Below, one piece after another: positions 22,076 through 31,592 of a stretch of 34,358 nt of DNA. This DNA is from a virus (Duplodnaviria > Caudoviricetes), in IMG/VR virus record IMGVR_UViG_3300034093_001339, positions 1 to 34,358 of that record, one strand, 5' to 3'. The notes under the pieces were generated by a model. The model saw only the letters and a list, made by a program, of their open reading frames with translations, did no database searches and was not told where the DNA came from. Position 1 is the first letter of the stretch. Every line of letters starts with the position of its first letter. The position numbers and the translations under genes are program-made.

Positions 22076-22764
22076 TGGCTAAACCAAAAAAAGTCACGTA
22101 TGACACTAACAAAGTGTTGCAACTTGCGATCCTAGTTGACCGCAATCAGGGCTTCATTAAAAGTGGATTTGGGTTTTATGACCACAATACCAAAACTGCA
22201 ACTCATGATAACAAAACTGCTATCATGCGTATTTTGTACGGCACTGATTTAATGCCTGCTATTCCTGATGATGTTGTTGCAGATGCAGCAAAGATTACAA
22301 ACAGTTTTAAAGAAGAACTGGTTGGCAAAAAGTTGATGAACAAGATCAACAGCTTCGAGGAAAGTGTTCTCGGCACACTTTCAAATGATGAAACTGAAGC
22401 GTTTGGTATTAGCATCCTTGCTAGCCTTCCCAACAGTTTCCGTGTTCAATCAAAGCGTCAAGGACTGGATGATTGGTTTGATGCACATCGTGCCACTAGC
22501 GAGTTTGTTGGCGCAATTGGCGACCGTTTGCGCTTTGATGTTGAAGTCAAGGACGTTAAGTTTATCGCCAAGTTTGGTATCCATTTGGTTACCTGTGTGA
22601 ACAATGATGGTAACATTGTTAAGTTTTTCTTCAACCGTGAACCCGACATCAGCGGGTTGATTGAGGGCAAAAAGATGGTGTTGACTGGCAAAGTTAAAAC
22701 CCACGATGTAAGCAAGTTTAGCCAGTGCAAAGAAACTGTCCTAAATTATGTGAAAATCGAATAA
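22075..22764 (+). CDS. hypothetical protein with C-terminal OB-fold-like domain
   Basis: FVGAIGDR...GKVKTH...ETVLNYVK. Confidence 0.8.
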   Translation: MAKPKKVTYDTNKVLQLAILVDRNQGFIKSGFGFYDHNTKTATHDNKTAIMRILYGTDLMPAIPDDVVADAAKITNSFKEELVGKKLMNKINSFEESVLGTLSNDETEAFGISILASLPNSFRVQSKRQGLDDWFDAHRATSEFVGAIGDRLRFDVEVKDVKFIAKFGIHLVTCVNNDGNIVKFFFNREPDISGLIEGKKMVLTGKVKTHDVSKFSQCKETVLNYVKIE

Positions 22765-22834
22765 AAAAGGTTGACTCTTCCGCAGTTTGTGTTAATGTAA
22801 TGAAGTAGACAGAGAAACAGACGGAGTGACAAAG

Positions 22835-23851
22835 ATGCAGAAAGTAAACGTTTTGAATGGCTCGTATCGCAATGTCGAGATCAAAGACACTGTGTTCACG
22901 CTGGTCAAAGAATACACTGAAGGCAAAGACAGTAATTACATTACTGTTGACGGATCCGGACACGCTGGCTTGCCCGCAAACAAGGTTCGTATTAAGGTCG
23001 CAGGTCGTGAAGATTTTGAATTGCTCGACGGCGATGAAGCTGCAGAAGCTGATGTTAAATCAGCGCCCGAAGATGATGACGCTGTTATTGAACGCTTGCG
23101 TGAACGTTTCCAAGTTTTGGAAGATATGACGTATGCTTCGTGTGACGGTGTTGTGCGTGGTATGGTTGTTACTGGTCCTCCCGGCGTTGGTAAAAGCTAC
23201 GGTGTTGAAAAGGTCATCCGCGAAGCTGAACTGATGAACAAGATGGGCGGCAGCACTAGTGCTACTGGTCGCAAATATGGTATGGAAAAGGGTGCTGCTA
23301 GCCCAATTGGTTTGTTCAAACTGTTGTATGAATATTCCAATGCTGGTAGTGTGCTTGTGTTGGACGACTGCGATAGCGTGTTGTGGGACGAACAGTCACT
23401 GAACTTGCTGAAAGCGGCACTAGACAGCAGCCCTAAGCGTTACTTGAGCTGGCGTTCGGAAAGCCGTGTGTTGAAAAACGAAGGTATCCCCGAAACGTTT
23501 GAATTCAAAGGTTCGATCATTTTCATTACTAACCTCAAGTTTGACAAAACACGGGGCAAGATCAAAGATCACCTTGATGCTATTATGTCACGTTGCCACT
23601 ACTTGGACTTGACACTAGATACAATGCGTGAAAAATTCCTGCGCTGCCGTCAAATTGTTCAAGATGGCATGCTTTACTCTTACAATTTTAACCAAGCGGA
23701 TCAAGACGAGCTGCTGGGTTATATCTCCGATAACCGTAACAAACTCCGTGAAATGAGCTTGCGTATGGTTCTTAAGATCGCCGATCTCAAGCGTATGAAC
23801 GGTGATAAGTGGAAGCGTTATGTAGAAATGACCTGCATGAAGCGTTCCTAA
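22835..23851 (+). CDS. AAA+ ATPase
   Basis: Walker A GPPGVGKS, Walker B LVLDD, FITN sensor, SRC arginine finger. Confidence 0.9.
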   Translation: MQKVNVLNGSYRNVEIKDTVFTLVKEYTEGKDSNYITVDGSGHAGLPANKVRIKVAGREDFELLDGDEAAEADVKSAPEDDDAVIERLRERFQVLEDMTYASCDGVVRGMVVTGPPGVGKSYGVEKVIREAELMNKMGGSTSATGRKYGMEKGAASPIGLFKLLYEYSNAGSVLVLDDCDSVLWDEQSLNLLKAALDSSPKRYLSWRSESRVLKNEGIPETFEFKGSIIFITNLKFDKTRGKIKDHLDAIMSRCHYLDLTLDTMREKFLRCRQIVQDGMLYSYNFNQADQDELLGYISDNRNKLREMSLRMVLKIADLKRMNGDKWKRYVEMTCMKRS

Positions 23852-23915
23852 AACAGCGTCGGACAGTGGGCCTCCTCTGTCACAGTCACTCTCACTCCCA
23901 CTGTCCGACTACCTG

Positions 23916-23949
23916 GGGCTAGTAAGATATCTTACTAGCCCTTCTTTTT
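23916..23949 (+). terminator. intrinsic terminator containing the operator palindrome
   Basis: GGGCTAGTAAGATATCTTACTAGCCC-TTCTTTTT. Confidence 0.8.
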
Positions 23950-23970
23950 ACTAAGTATTTACAACGATAG

Positions 23971-23999
23971 TTGACATAATTTAATAAGCAGTTTATAAT
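23971..23999 (+). promoter_or_regulatory. consensus sigma70 promoter
   Basis: TTGACA-17-TATAAT. Confidence 0.85.
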
Positions 24000-24005
24000 A
24001 AAAAC

Positions 24006-25460
24006 ATGAAATGTAAAATCGTACTTAAAGATGAAGTTAATTGCAAAATCGAAGGACTAGCACTAACTACTCGTCGTAAACTAGAAAAAAAACTAAAGTT
24101 CTTGCTACCATACGCTTTCCATACCCCTTCTTATAAACTAGGAAGATGGGATGGGTGCGTAGGTTTCTTTACGACTGGAGGCAACACATTTATAAATTGC
24201 TTACCCACAATCCTGCCCATCCTAGATGAAGATAGGTATGAGGTAGAGATTGAAGATGAACGCACTGCATGGAAACTTGACTTTCCTGAAGTTACAGAAG
24301 GTCACTTTAGTCATAAGGTGTGGCCTAAAAAACACCCAGCAGCAGGTGAGCCTGTTATGTTGCGTGATTACCAAGTAGAAATTATTAACCAATTCCTTGC
24401 TAATCCACAGTCACTACAAGAGATTGCAACTGGTGCAGGTAAGACGCTTATAACTGCAGCCCTTAGTAACTTGGTTGAACCATATGGGCGTAGTATTGTT
24501 ATTGTTCCAAACAAAGACTTGGTTATCCAAACAGAAGCAGACTACATTAACTTAGGACTAGACGTTGGTGTTTATTTTGGTGACCGTAAGGACTTGAACA
24601 AAACACATACCATTTGCACATGGCAAAGCCTAAACATTATTGACAAACGATTTAAGGATGGTGAAAGCGAATATAGCCTAGCTGATTTTTCTGAAGGTGT
24701 AGTATGTGTTATGGTAGACGAGGTTCACCAAGCAAAGGCTGATGTTCTAAAAAAGCTACTTACGGGCCCGTTTAGCAATATCCCCGTTCGTTGGGGACTT
24801 ACGGGCACAGTGCCTAAAGAAGAATGGGAACGGCTTACTATTACAGTAGGATTGGGTGATGTTATCAATAAGCTAGCAGCAAGCGATTTGCAGGACATTG
24901 GTGTTCTTGCAAGTTGTGAAGTAAACGTTATTCAACTACAGGACAACGTAAGCTATGGTAACTACCAAAGTGAACTTACATATTTGACGACCAACAAAGA
25001 ACGGCTTGACTACATGGCTACGCTGATCCAATCATTAGCAGATGATGGTAATACACTTGTTCTTGTTGACCGTATTAGTGCAGGTGAAGGTCTAATGGAA
25101 AGATTAGGAGACTGTGCAGTATTTGTCAGCGGTAAGATGAAGTCAAAAAATAGAAAAGAAGAATATGACGAAATCTCTGACTCGGACAACAAAATTATTA
25201 TTGCAACATATGGTGTTGCTTCTGTAGGGATTAACATTCCCCGCATTTTTAATCTTGTGCTTGTTGAACCTGGCAAGAGTTTTGTTCGTGTTATTCAAAG
25301 TATAGGACGTGGTATTCGTAAAGCAAAAGACAAAGACAATGTCAGAATTTGGGATATCACAAGCAGTGCAAAGTTTAGCAAACGACACTTGACTGAACGT
25401 AAGAAATTCTATTCTGATGCAAAATATCCTTTTTCTATCACAAAAGTAAACTACAAATAA
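24006..25460 (+). CDS. uvsW: UvsW-like SF2 DNA helicase
   Basis: LRDYQ, ATGAGKT, DEVH, LTGT, QSIGRGIR. Confidence 0.93.
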   Translation: MKCKIVLKDEVNCKIEGLALTTRRKLEKKLKFLLPYAFHTPSYKLGRWDGCVGFFTTGGNTFINCLPTILPILDEDRYEVEIEDERTAWKLDFPEVTEGHFSHKVWPKKHPAAGEPVMLRDYQVEIINQFLANPQSLQEIATGAGKTLITAALSNLVEPYGRSIVIVPNKDLVIQTEADYINLGLDVGVYFGDRKDLNKTHTICTWQSLNIIDKRFKDGESEYSLADFSEGVVCVMVDEVHQAKADVLKKLLTGPFSNIPVRWGLTGTVPKEEWERLTITVGLGDVINKLAASDLQDIGVLASCEVNVIQLQDNVSYGNYQSELTYLTTNKERLDYMATLIQSLADDGNTLVLVDRISAGEGLMERLGDCAVFVSGKMKSKNRKEEYDEISDSDNKIIIATYGVASVGINIPRIFNLVLVEPGKSFVRVIQSIGRGIRKAKDKDNVRIWDITSSAKFSKRHLTERKKFYSDAKYPFSITKVNYK

Positions 25461-25502
25461 AAAATGTTACATAGACGCATAAATAAAAGAAAAGGAGCGT
25501 CT

Positions 25503-26210
25503 ATGTTTTTGACAAACAAGTATACAAGTTGGTATTATAAAATTATAGAAAATGCAAAGACAAGGTTGTTAACAGGTTATGTAGAACGTCATCATATCAT
25601 CCCCAAGTCGTTAGATGGATCAGATGACAGCAAAAATATAGTGTCATTGACTGCAAAAGAACATTTTGTCTGTCATCGACTACTTACCAAAATGACAGAA
25701 GGAAATCATCGATATAAAATGCTACATGCTTTGGGCGGTTTTGTGCAAGATGGCGGGAATGTTAGACGAAACATATCCAGTAGACAATATGAAATTGCAC
25801 GTAATGCAATACGAGAAGCAAGAATTGGTGTAAAACATACAGAGGAAACTCGATTGAAAATGAGCAAATTGGCGAAGGGTAGAGTACCGTGGAATAAAGG
25901 CCTAACTGGTGTTCAGCAAATCACAGAGGACCATAAACAATCAATGAAGGAGTTGTATGCAGGTAAATCTCTAGACGAGCGGTATGGAAGCACACAAAGA
26001 GCAAATGAAATTAAAGAGAAAATATCTTCTTCTAAGCTAGGAAAACCCTCAGGTATGGTAGGAAAGACACATACCGAAGAAACTAAAAATAAAATGAGTG
26101 AGGCGATGAAAGGAAAACGAGGGCCACAACAAAGAGTAGTGTGTCCGTGTTGTCTTAAAGAAAATAAAACAGCAAGACATGTTAAGTTTTGCAAGGTGGA
26201 ATATAAATGA
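25503..26210 (+). CDS. HNH homing endonuclease with NUMOD3 repeats
   Basis: ERHHIIPKSLDGSDDSKNIVSLTAKEHFVCHRLL; KHTEETR, PWNKG, HTEETK. Confidence 0.9.
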   Translation: MFLTNKYTSWYYKIIENAKTRLLTGYVERHHIIPKSLDGSDDSKNIVSLTAKEHFVCHRLLTKMTEGNHRYKMLHALGGFVQDGGNVRRNISSRQYEIARNAIREARIGVKHTEETRLKMSKLAKGRVPWNKGLTGVQQITEDHKQSMKELYAGKSLDERYGSTQRANEIKEKISSSKLGKPSGMVGKTHTEETKNKMSEAMKGKRGPQQRVVCPCCLKENKTARHVKFCKVEYK

Positions 26211-26707
26211 AGATACTAACTGTAGATAATGTGTCATATGAACTGGATTTGGTTCCAGAAGAGATTGACGACATTAGGTATTGTGTGTTAGACTACAGCG
26301 ATAAGGATAATGCGGATTACATTTTCGTACCTCTAGTATTTTTGGAAAGTTTTAGTAGCCCTGCGGCTGTGCTAAAGCTAGGCAAGTGGAACGTTACTGT
26401 GCCACTTGATTGGAGTTTGATTGTGTGTGATGCAGAGGTGGGGGATCCAGAAGTATTGCCCATTACAAGTTTAAATGACAGGGGATTTATGGCGTTTATT
26501 TTCAATCCTATTTCTGGATTTATGCCAGACTTTGGTGAAATTGAGATCATAAATATCTACCAAGAGATGCGTTGGTATTTCCCCAAACTAAAATATGGAC
26601 ACATATTGGCAATACCTCTTGAAACAGGACCAAATCCTAAGTGTGCATATTTTGTTAAAGAAACAGGTAAGATTCCTGATGTATTAAGTACGGATGATTT
26701 GTGGTGA
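26207..26707 (+). CDS. hypothetical protein (replication module)
   Basis: ORF track, ATGA coupling. Confidence 0.85.
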   Translation: MKILTVDNVSYELDLVPEEIDDIRYCVLDYSDKDNADYIFVPLVFLESFSSPAAVLKLGKWNVTVPLDWSLIVCDAEVGDPEVLPITSLNDRGFMAFIFNPISGFMPDFGEIEIINIYQEMRWYFPKLKYGHILAIPLETGPNPKCAYFVKETGKIPDVLSTDDLW

Positions 26708-27162
26708 GCAAACTAAACATTAATGAAGAAATGAGAGCAATTGATTGCCGTGATTTTGCTTGGTGGGATAATCTCACTAAAGACGAGCAAGCGGTAATGG
26801 AAAAGCAAATGTGGATTCAAATGCGTTGGGCAAGTTGTGTAGATGGTGCAAATACTGCACCCTATCTTATGATCGTTAACGACTTTACAAACTTGCACTT
26901 CAATTCACTACGTCATCATCCACAGTTGCAACACAGGCTGTTACAGTTAGCCGGTGCTGGTACTAAGCAACGTAGGGATTGGATTGCACCAGGCAAAAAA
27001 GGCAAGAAGAACAAACTAGCAGAATGGTTAATGACGCAATATCCAACTCTAAATGATGCTGAACTTGAGTTGATGATTGAAACAAACACCAAAGCAGACC
27101 TTGTTGACGTAATGGAACAGCAAGGCATGACCACTAAGGAAATTAAAGACCTATTCAAATGA
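26701..27162 (+). CDS. hypothetical protein, possible clamp-loader small subunit (gp62-like)
   Basis: size, HPQLQ..LL...WI...KK pattern, context. Confidence 0.6.
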   Translation: MVSKLNINEEMRAIDCRDFAWWDNLTKDEQAVMEKQMWIQMRWASCVDGANTAPYLMIVNDFTNLHFNSLRHHPQLQHRLLQLAGAGTKQRRDWIAPGKKGKKNKLAEWLMTQYPTLNDAELELMIETNTKADLVDVMEQQGMTTKEIKDLFK

Positions 27163-27812
27163 TTACGTGTGAGTATTGCAAACAATCGTTTAAACGTGAA
27201 AGCACCGCAGCAGTCCATATGTGCGAGAAGAAGCGCCGATGGATGCAAAAGGACATGCCCGAAACAATTGCAGGGTTCACTGCATTTGACTTGTTTTTCA
27301 GACTAAGTATGCAAAGCAAACCTAAGGTATTTGCAGAGTTTGTAGACAGCCCATACTACAGTTCATTTGTAAACTTTGGTAGCTATTGCCTCAACACGCA
27401 TGTGATTGATGCAGAGGCATACACACGCTGGCTAGTGCGTAATCAAGCTAAACTTAAAGATTGGGCTGCTGATCGTATGTATCTCAACTATGTAAAAGAG
27501 CATTTGAGAAAAGAATCAGTTGGTAGAGCGTTAGAACGATTTATTGAACATGCAAGTAAGACGTCTTACTTTGATACATTTTGGGAAACAGCAAGCGGTT
27601 ATCTTATTGCAGATTGGGTAGAAAGTGGTAAGATCAGTCCTTGGATTTTGCTATGCAGCCAACGTGCAAGTGATGCAGTGGGCCGTATGAATACTGAACA
27701 AATGAACAGAGTAGCAGCATGTATTGATGCTGATTATTGGTCGAAGAAACGAGATTTAAGCCCACACGATGCTGAATGGGTTAGTAGTATTATAGATGGA
27801 GTTAAAGTATGA
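27159..27812 (+). CDS. hypothetical protein with N-terminal zinc finger
   Basis: CEYC...HMC. Confidence 0.8.
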   Translation: MITCEYCKQSFKRESTAAVHMCEKKRRWMQKDMPETIAGFTAFDLFFRLSMQSKPKVFAEFVDSPYYSSFVNFGSYCLNTHVIDAEAYTRWLVRNQAKLKDWAADRMYLNYVKEHLRKESVGRALERFIEHASKTSYFDTFWETASGYLIADWVESGKISPWILLCSQRASDAVGRMNTEQMNRVAACIDADYWSKKRDLSPHDAEWVSSIIDGVKV

Positions 27813-27824
27813 GGGACTTAAAAA

Positions 27825-28394
27825 ATGGATATTGATATCGACTTTTCCTCTAGAGATGCAGCACTAAAGCTGTTTAAACATGTGCCTGCTAGATTACAAA
27901 ATCGTAAACATAACACGGGGGTGTATTTTCACAAAGTGCCAACAGATCCATTAAAGAATGTTTGCACAATAGATCACAAAGCAGCAGATGATGCTGGATA
28001 CTTTAAGTTGGACTTTCTTAACGTAAGTATCTACAAGGATGTGCGTAGCGAAGACCATTTGCAGCAATTGATGGATAGAGAACCTATTTGGGATTTACTG
28101 CAACATGATGAATTTATTAGTAAGTTGTTTCATGTAGCAGAACACAGTGATGTATTAAAAAAGCTAAAGCCCGACACTATTGAAAAGTTAGCAGCAGTTA
28201 TTGCTATCATTAGACCTGCAAAACGCTACTTAGTTAACTGTACATGGGATCAAATTTTGAAAGAGGTTTGGGTTAAACCAGATAACGATCAATACTTTTT
28301 CAAAAAAGCCCATGCGATTGCTTACTCACATGCAATCGTAGTACAAATGAATTTATTATGTGAACAGTTGCATACGGGAGCAAGCAATGAATGA
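27825..28394 (+). CDS. miniature DNA polymerase III alpha (DnaE)-like protein
   Basis: DIDIDF, H..GV, KLDFL, IRP, FKKAHAIAY motifs in 189 aa. Confidence 0.8.
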   Translation: MDIDIDFSSRDAALKLFKHVPARLQNRKHNTGVYFHKVPTDPLKNVCTIDHKAADDAGYFKLDFLNVSIYKDVRSEDHLQQLMDREPIWDLLQHDEFISKLFHVAEHSDVLKKLKPDTIEKLAAVIAIIRPAKRYLVNCTWDQILKEVWVKPDNDQYFFKKAHAIAYSHAIVVQMNLLCEQLHTGASNE

Positions 28395-29136
28395 AATAGA
28401 CAAAAACAGATTTGTCAGAGATATTGAGCATGATGGATTTACTGTCCACAAAGAAGTATTTGACAAGGATAAGATTGCAGAGCTAGATGCATTTGCTGCA
28501 ACACTGCCGCCACAACGTGGGCATGATAAAAATAAAAAGTGGTATGGTTGGAATCATGTTAGTGCTATGGAAAATCCACTAACTGATGTTGATTGGGGGT
28601 ATTATTGGACTGCAAACGTAGACCATCCAATTATTGATGAAATAAAAGCAGCAATGACCCCGTCTGTTGATCAAATTTTTGGTCACAAAAATTGGGTATG
28701 GCACGTGCAGGATTTTATTGTATTACAACCAGGTATGAATTTTAGAAGACCGCACATCGACACTCCCTATCGTTTCAAAGAATTTAGATATTCTAAGGAA
28801 TTCTTAGGACTACAGTTTATGGTAATGATGTGTGATTTTAATGAAGATAACGGTGCTACTGGATATGTTCCGGGTACACACAAGTATTTTTACGATGCAA
28901 TTGATATGCGAGATCACCCAAATAGTTGGGACTTGTTCTTTGTGGACAATTATACACAGTATACAGCACCAGCAGGAAGTATGGTTGCTTGGCACCCTAG
29001 ATTGTTACACAGTACAATGCCAAACAAAACAGATCAAGTGCGTAGGGCATTGTTAATTCACGCTGCAGAAAAAACAACTGCTCGTAGGTTAGAGGTAATC
29101 GACCCGCAAGTTAATGTTGTATTACGAAAGACCTAA
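28387..29136 (+). CDS. phytanoyl-CoA dioxygenase family 2OG-Fe(II) oxygenase
   Basis: HID, NGAT.YVPGTH, LHS..PN....RR. Confidence 0.88.
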   Translation: MNEIDKNRFVRDIEHDGFTVHKEVFDKDKIAELDAFAATLPPQRGHDKNKKWYGWNHVSAMENPLTDVDWGYYWTANVDHPIIDEIKAAMTPSVDQIFGHKNWVWHVQDFIVLQPGMNFRRPHIDTPYRFKEFRYSKEFLGLQFMVMMCDFNEDNGATGYVPGTHKYFYDAIDMRDHPNSWDLFFVDNYTQYTAPAGSMVAWHPRLLHSTMPNKTDQVRRALLIHAAEKTTARRLEVIDPQVNVVLRKT

Positions 29137-29513
29137 AATTTTCTTACTAGTTGAATATTTCTACGTTTAGCTCTACGTTGAACAATATTACTTAGACTAA
29201 CAATAGGCCCATGTATAACTACGAAGTCTTTAAGACTAAATGAGATTAGTGTGGGTCTATATTTTTCCCAACGACTTTTGAAAATAATGTTAATGGGTAT
29301 AAGTCTGTTTGTTCCCCACCACCATTCTTCACCAAGATCTAAAAACTCTTTTTTATCGTCGAGGTGTTTAATAGTCTCAAAATTATACATACTGGCCAAC
29401 TGATGGTCCACATTTTGTATTATTCCAACGTATTCGTTACCGCCATACGCAACAAGTGTTAAAAATGGAAAGTCTTCTAGTAAATTTTGGTATTTCTTAG
29501 GAATGTTTGTCAT
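29133..29513 (-). CDS. hypothetical protein
   Basis: only ORF in the gap; EYVGIIQN, EEWWWGTNRLIPI. Confidence 0.8.
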   Translation of the reverse strand: MTNIPKKYQNLLEDFPFLTLVAYGGNEYVGIIQNVDHQLASMYNFETIKHLDDKKEFLDLGEEWWWGTNRLIPINIIFKSRWEKYRPTLISFSLKDFVVIHGPIVSLSNIVQRRAKRRNIQLVRKF

Positions 29514-29556
29514 CTTATACTTACTTAGCAAATAAATACTATTGGAGATCTGCAAA

Positions 29557-30354
29557 ATGATATATCAAGGCACAGCATACAATTATAACCAACGTAGTGA
29601 GATACTACTTCCGAATAGAGGAGGTACTACCTATTATGGACCTCAAAATCACAAACCTCTAATAGTTTACGCAGGGTTAGATTGTGATTTAGAGTTTTTT
29701 GTTAAAACCCCTGACCGCAAATCAGTTAACTTAACTAACAAAACATTTGTTGCCAAGATTGTTGACAGAACGGCTAGTGCTGTTATCTTAACTAAAACTC
29801 TTGCTGTAGTTGACTATAACAGTGGTAACATAGTAATGAAAATCCTACAAGGTGATACTACAAACTTTAGTGCAGGATTGTACGATCTCGTTATTACTTA
29901 TACTGATATGCAAAGTAGAACTTTTGGACTTAGCAGTGACCAAAACAACAGAATCAGTTTTGTTCTAGAAATCAAAGATAATCCACTTGGTATAGTTATT
30001 GCTGACAGTGCAGTGAATGATACATTCATTTCCAGCGGTTCTAATTTGTATACAAACAGAAATGCAAGCACAGCACAATCATTTAACCAAGACGGCACTA
30101 ACACATGTGCAGTATATACAACAGGGTACACGGGCGTATTTTATGCACAGGGCTCACTGGAGTTAAACCCCACTGAAACGGATTGGTTCGACATACAACT
30201 AGACCCAGAATCAGCAAACGACAGTTGGACGTTTACTACCAGCACAGGTGTAACACCATTTACATGGGATGGTATGTTTATGTGGGTAAGATTTTATCAC
30301 ACACCTGCTGTAGGCAACACAGGAACACTTGACAAAGTACTTTATAGAAGCTAA
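29557..30354 (+). CDS. hypothetical protein, probable virion structural (beta-rich)
   Basis: ATAAATA and GGAG upstream; Thr/Gly-rich. Confidence 0.75.
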   Translation: MIYQGTAYNYNQRSEILLPNRGGTTYYGPQNHKPLIVYAGLDCDLEFFVKTPDRKSVNLTNKTFVAKIVDRTASAVILTKTLAVVDYNSGNIVMKILQGDTTNFSAGLYDLVITYTDMQSRTFGLSSDQNNRISFVLEIKDNPLGIVIADSAVNDTFISSGSNLYTNRNASTAQSFNQDGTNTCAVYTTGYTGVFYAQGSLELNPTETDWFDIQLDPESANDSWTFTTSTGVTPFTWDGMFMWVRFYHTPAVGNTGTLDKVLYRS

Positions 30355-30363
30355 TATAGCTTT

Positions 30364-31380
30364 ATGTTAGTCTTGGATTTCGTAAAACAAACAATGCCTG
30401 CATCTTGGCGATTAACGCCCAGTGGTTGGGTGAGTGGCAATTGCCCTATGTGTGCTACACGTGGACATAAAGCCGACACACGGCGTCGTGGTGGTATAAT
30501 GTTTGTAGACGACAAGTTTCAGTATAACTGTTTTAACTGCAGCTTCAAAACTGGATGGAGTCCTGGAAAACGTATAAACGAAAATCTTAAAGAACTGTTG
30601 TTAAAGTTTGGTGCAGACCCTGCACAAATACAGCGTGTTAACTTTGAACTACTCAAACAACAAGAAAACCAAGATGTAGCAAAACAGTTTATACCTGAAG
30701 AAAAAGTAGAAGAAGTAAAAGTAGCGTGGGCAGATCATGAACTACCTGCCGAAAGTAAACTGCTACACGAAGTTGATACTGACACATTATCAGAGGAAGA
30801 GCTAGTAAAGTTTGTGCAAGCGTGTGAGTATCTTGAAAGCAGACACCTGGGATTTTATCCTAACTGGTATTGGTCCCCGTTCAAGCACTTTAAGAATCGT
30901 GTAACACTGCCGTTTTATCACAACGGTAAGGTAGTGGGGTATACTTCACGTTGGGTGGGTAATACTCCAGACAAAGAAACACCCAAGTATTACTTGTCTA
31001 GTCCTAGCAACTTTGTTTACAATTTGGATGCACAAACAACGCACGAGTATGTTATAGTTACAGAAGGGCAGCTAGATGCCCTGCTAGTGGGGGGTGTTGG
31101 TATGAACGGTAATACACCCAGTCCCAAACAATGCAGTATAGTAGAGCAGCTAAACAAGCGTATAGTGCTGCTACCCGATGCTGACAAAGCAGGGATGGAA
31201 ATGGTAAAGACTGCAGTTAAACGTGGATGGAACGTTAGTTTTCCACCATGGGAAGATTGCAAAGACGCAGGTGATGCAGTGCAGAAGTACGGCAGACTAT
31301 TCACAGTGCGTAGTATATTAGACAGCATAGAAACAAGCAGTACTAAGATACAGATAATGGCAAAGCAGTATTGTAAATGA
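30364..31380 (+). CDS. dnaG: DNA primase
   Basis: CPMC/CFNC zinc domain, TOPRIM VTEG.LDA, PDADKAG, KDAGD. Confidence 0.9.
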   Translation: MLVLDFVKQTMPASWRLTPSGWVSGNCPMCATRGHKADTRRRGGIMFVDDKFQYNCFNCSFKTGWSPGKRINENLKELLLKFGADPAQIQRVNFELLKQQENQDVAKQFIPEEKVEEVKVAWADHELPAESKLLHEVDTDTLSEEELVKFVQACEYLESRHLGFYPNWYWSPFKHFKNRVTLPFYHNGKVVGYTSRWVGNTPDKETPKYYLSSPSNFVYNLDAQTTHEYVIVTEGQLDALLVGGVGMNGNTPSPKQCSIVEQLNKRIVLLPDADKAGMEMVKTAVKRGWNVSFPPWEDCKDAGDAVQKYGRLFTVRSILDSIETSSTKIQIMAKQYCK

Positions 31381-31592
31381 AATGGAACAATGCTATAGTA
31401 GCTAAACGTGTAAGCACTCATAAAAAGTTTGCATGGTTTCCCATTAGATTAGAAAATGGAAATCTACTATGGCTTACTCCTTATTACGAAGAAGTGTATT
31501 TTTATTCTTCAGGGTTTGGCTACAGAAGTTTAGCAAGCTATTATTATACTAAAGACGAATATATGATGAGAAAGTTGAGTGGGGTTGAATGA
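31377..31592 (+). CDS. hypothetical protein
   Basis: ATGA overlaps on both sides; FAWFPIRL. Confidence 0.7.
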   Translation: MKWNNAIVAKRVSTHKKFAWFPIRLENGNLLWLTPYYEEVYFYSSGFGYRSLASYYYTKDEYMMRKLSGVE

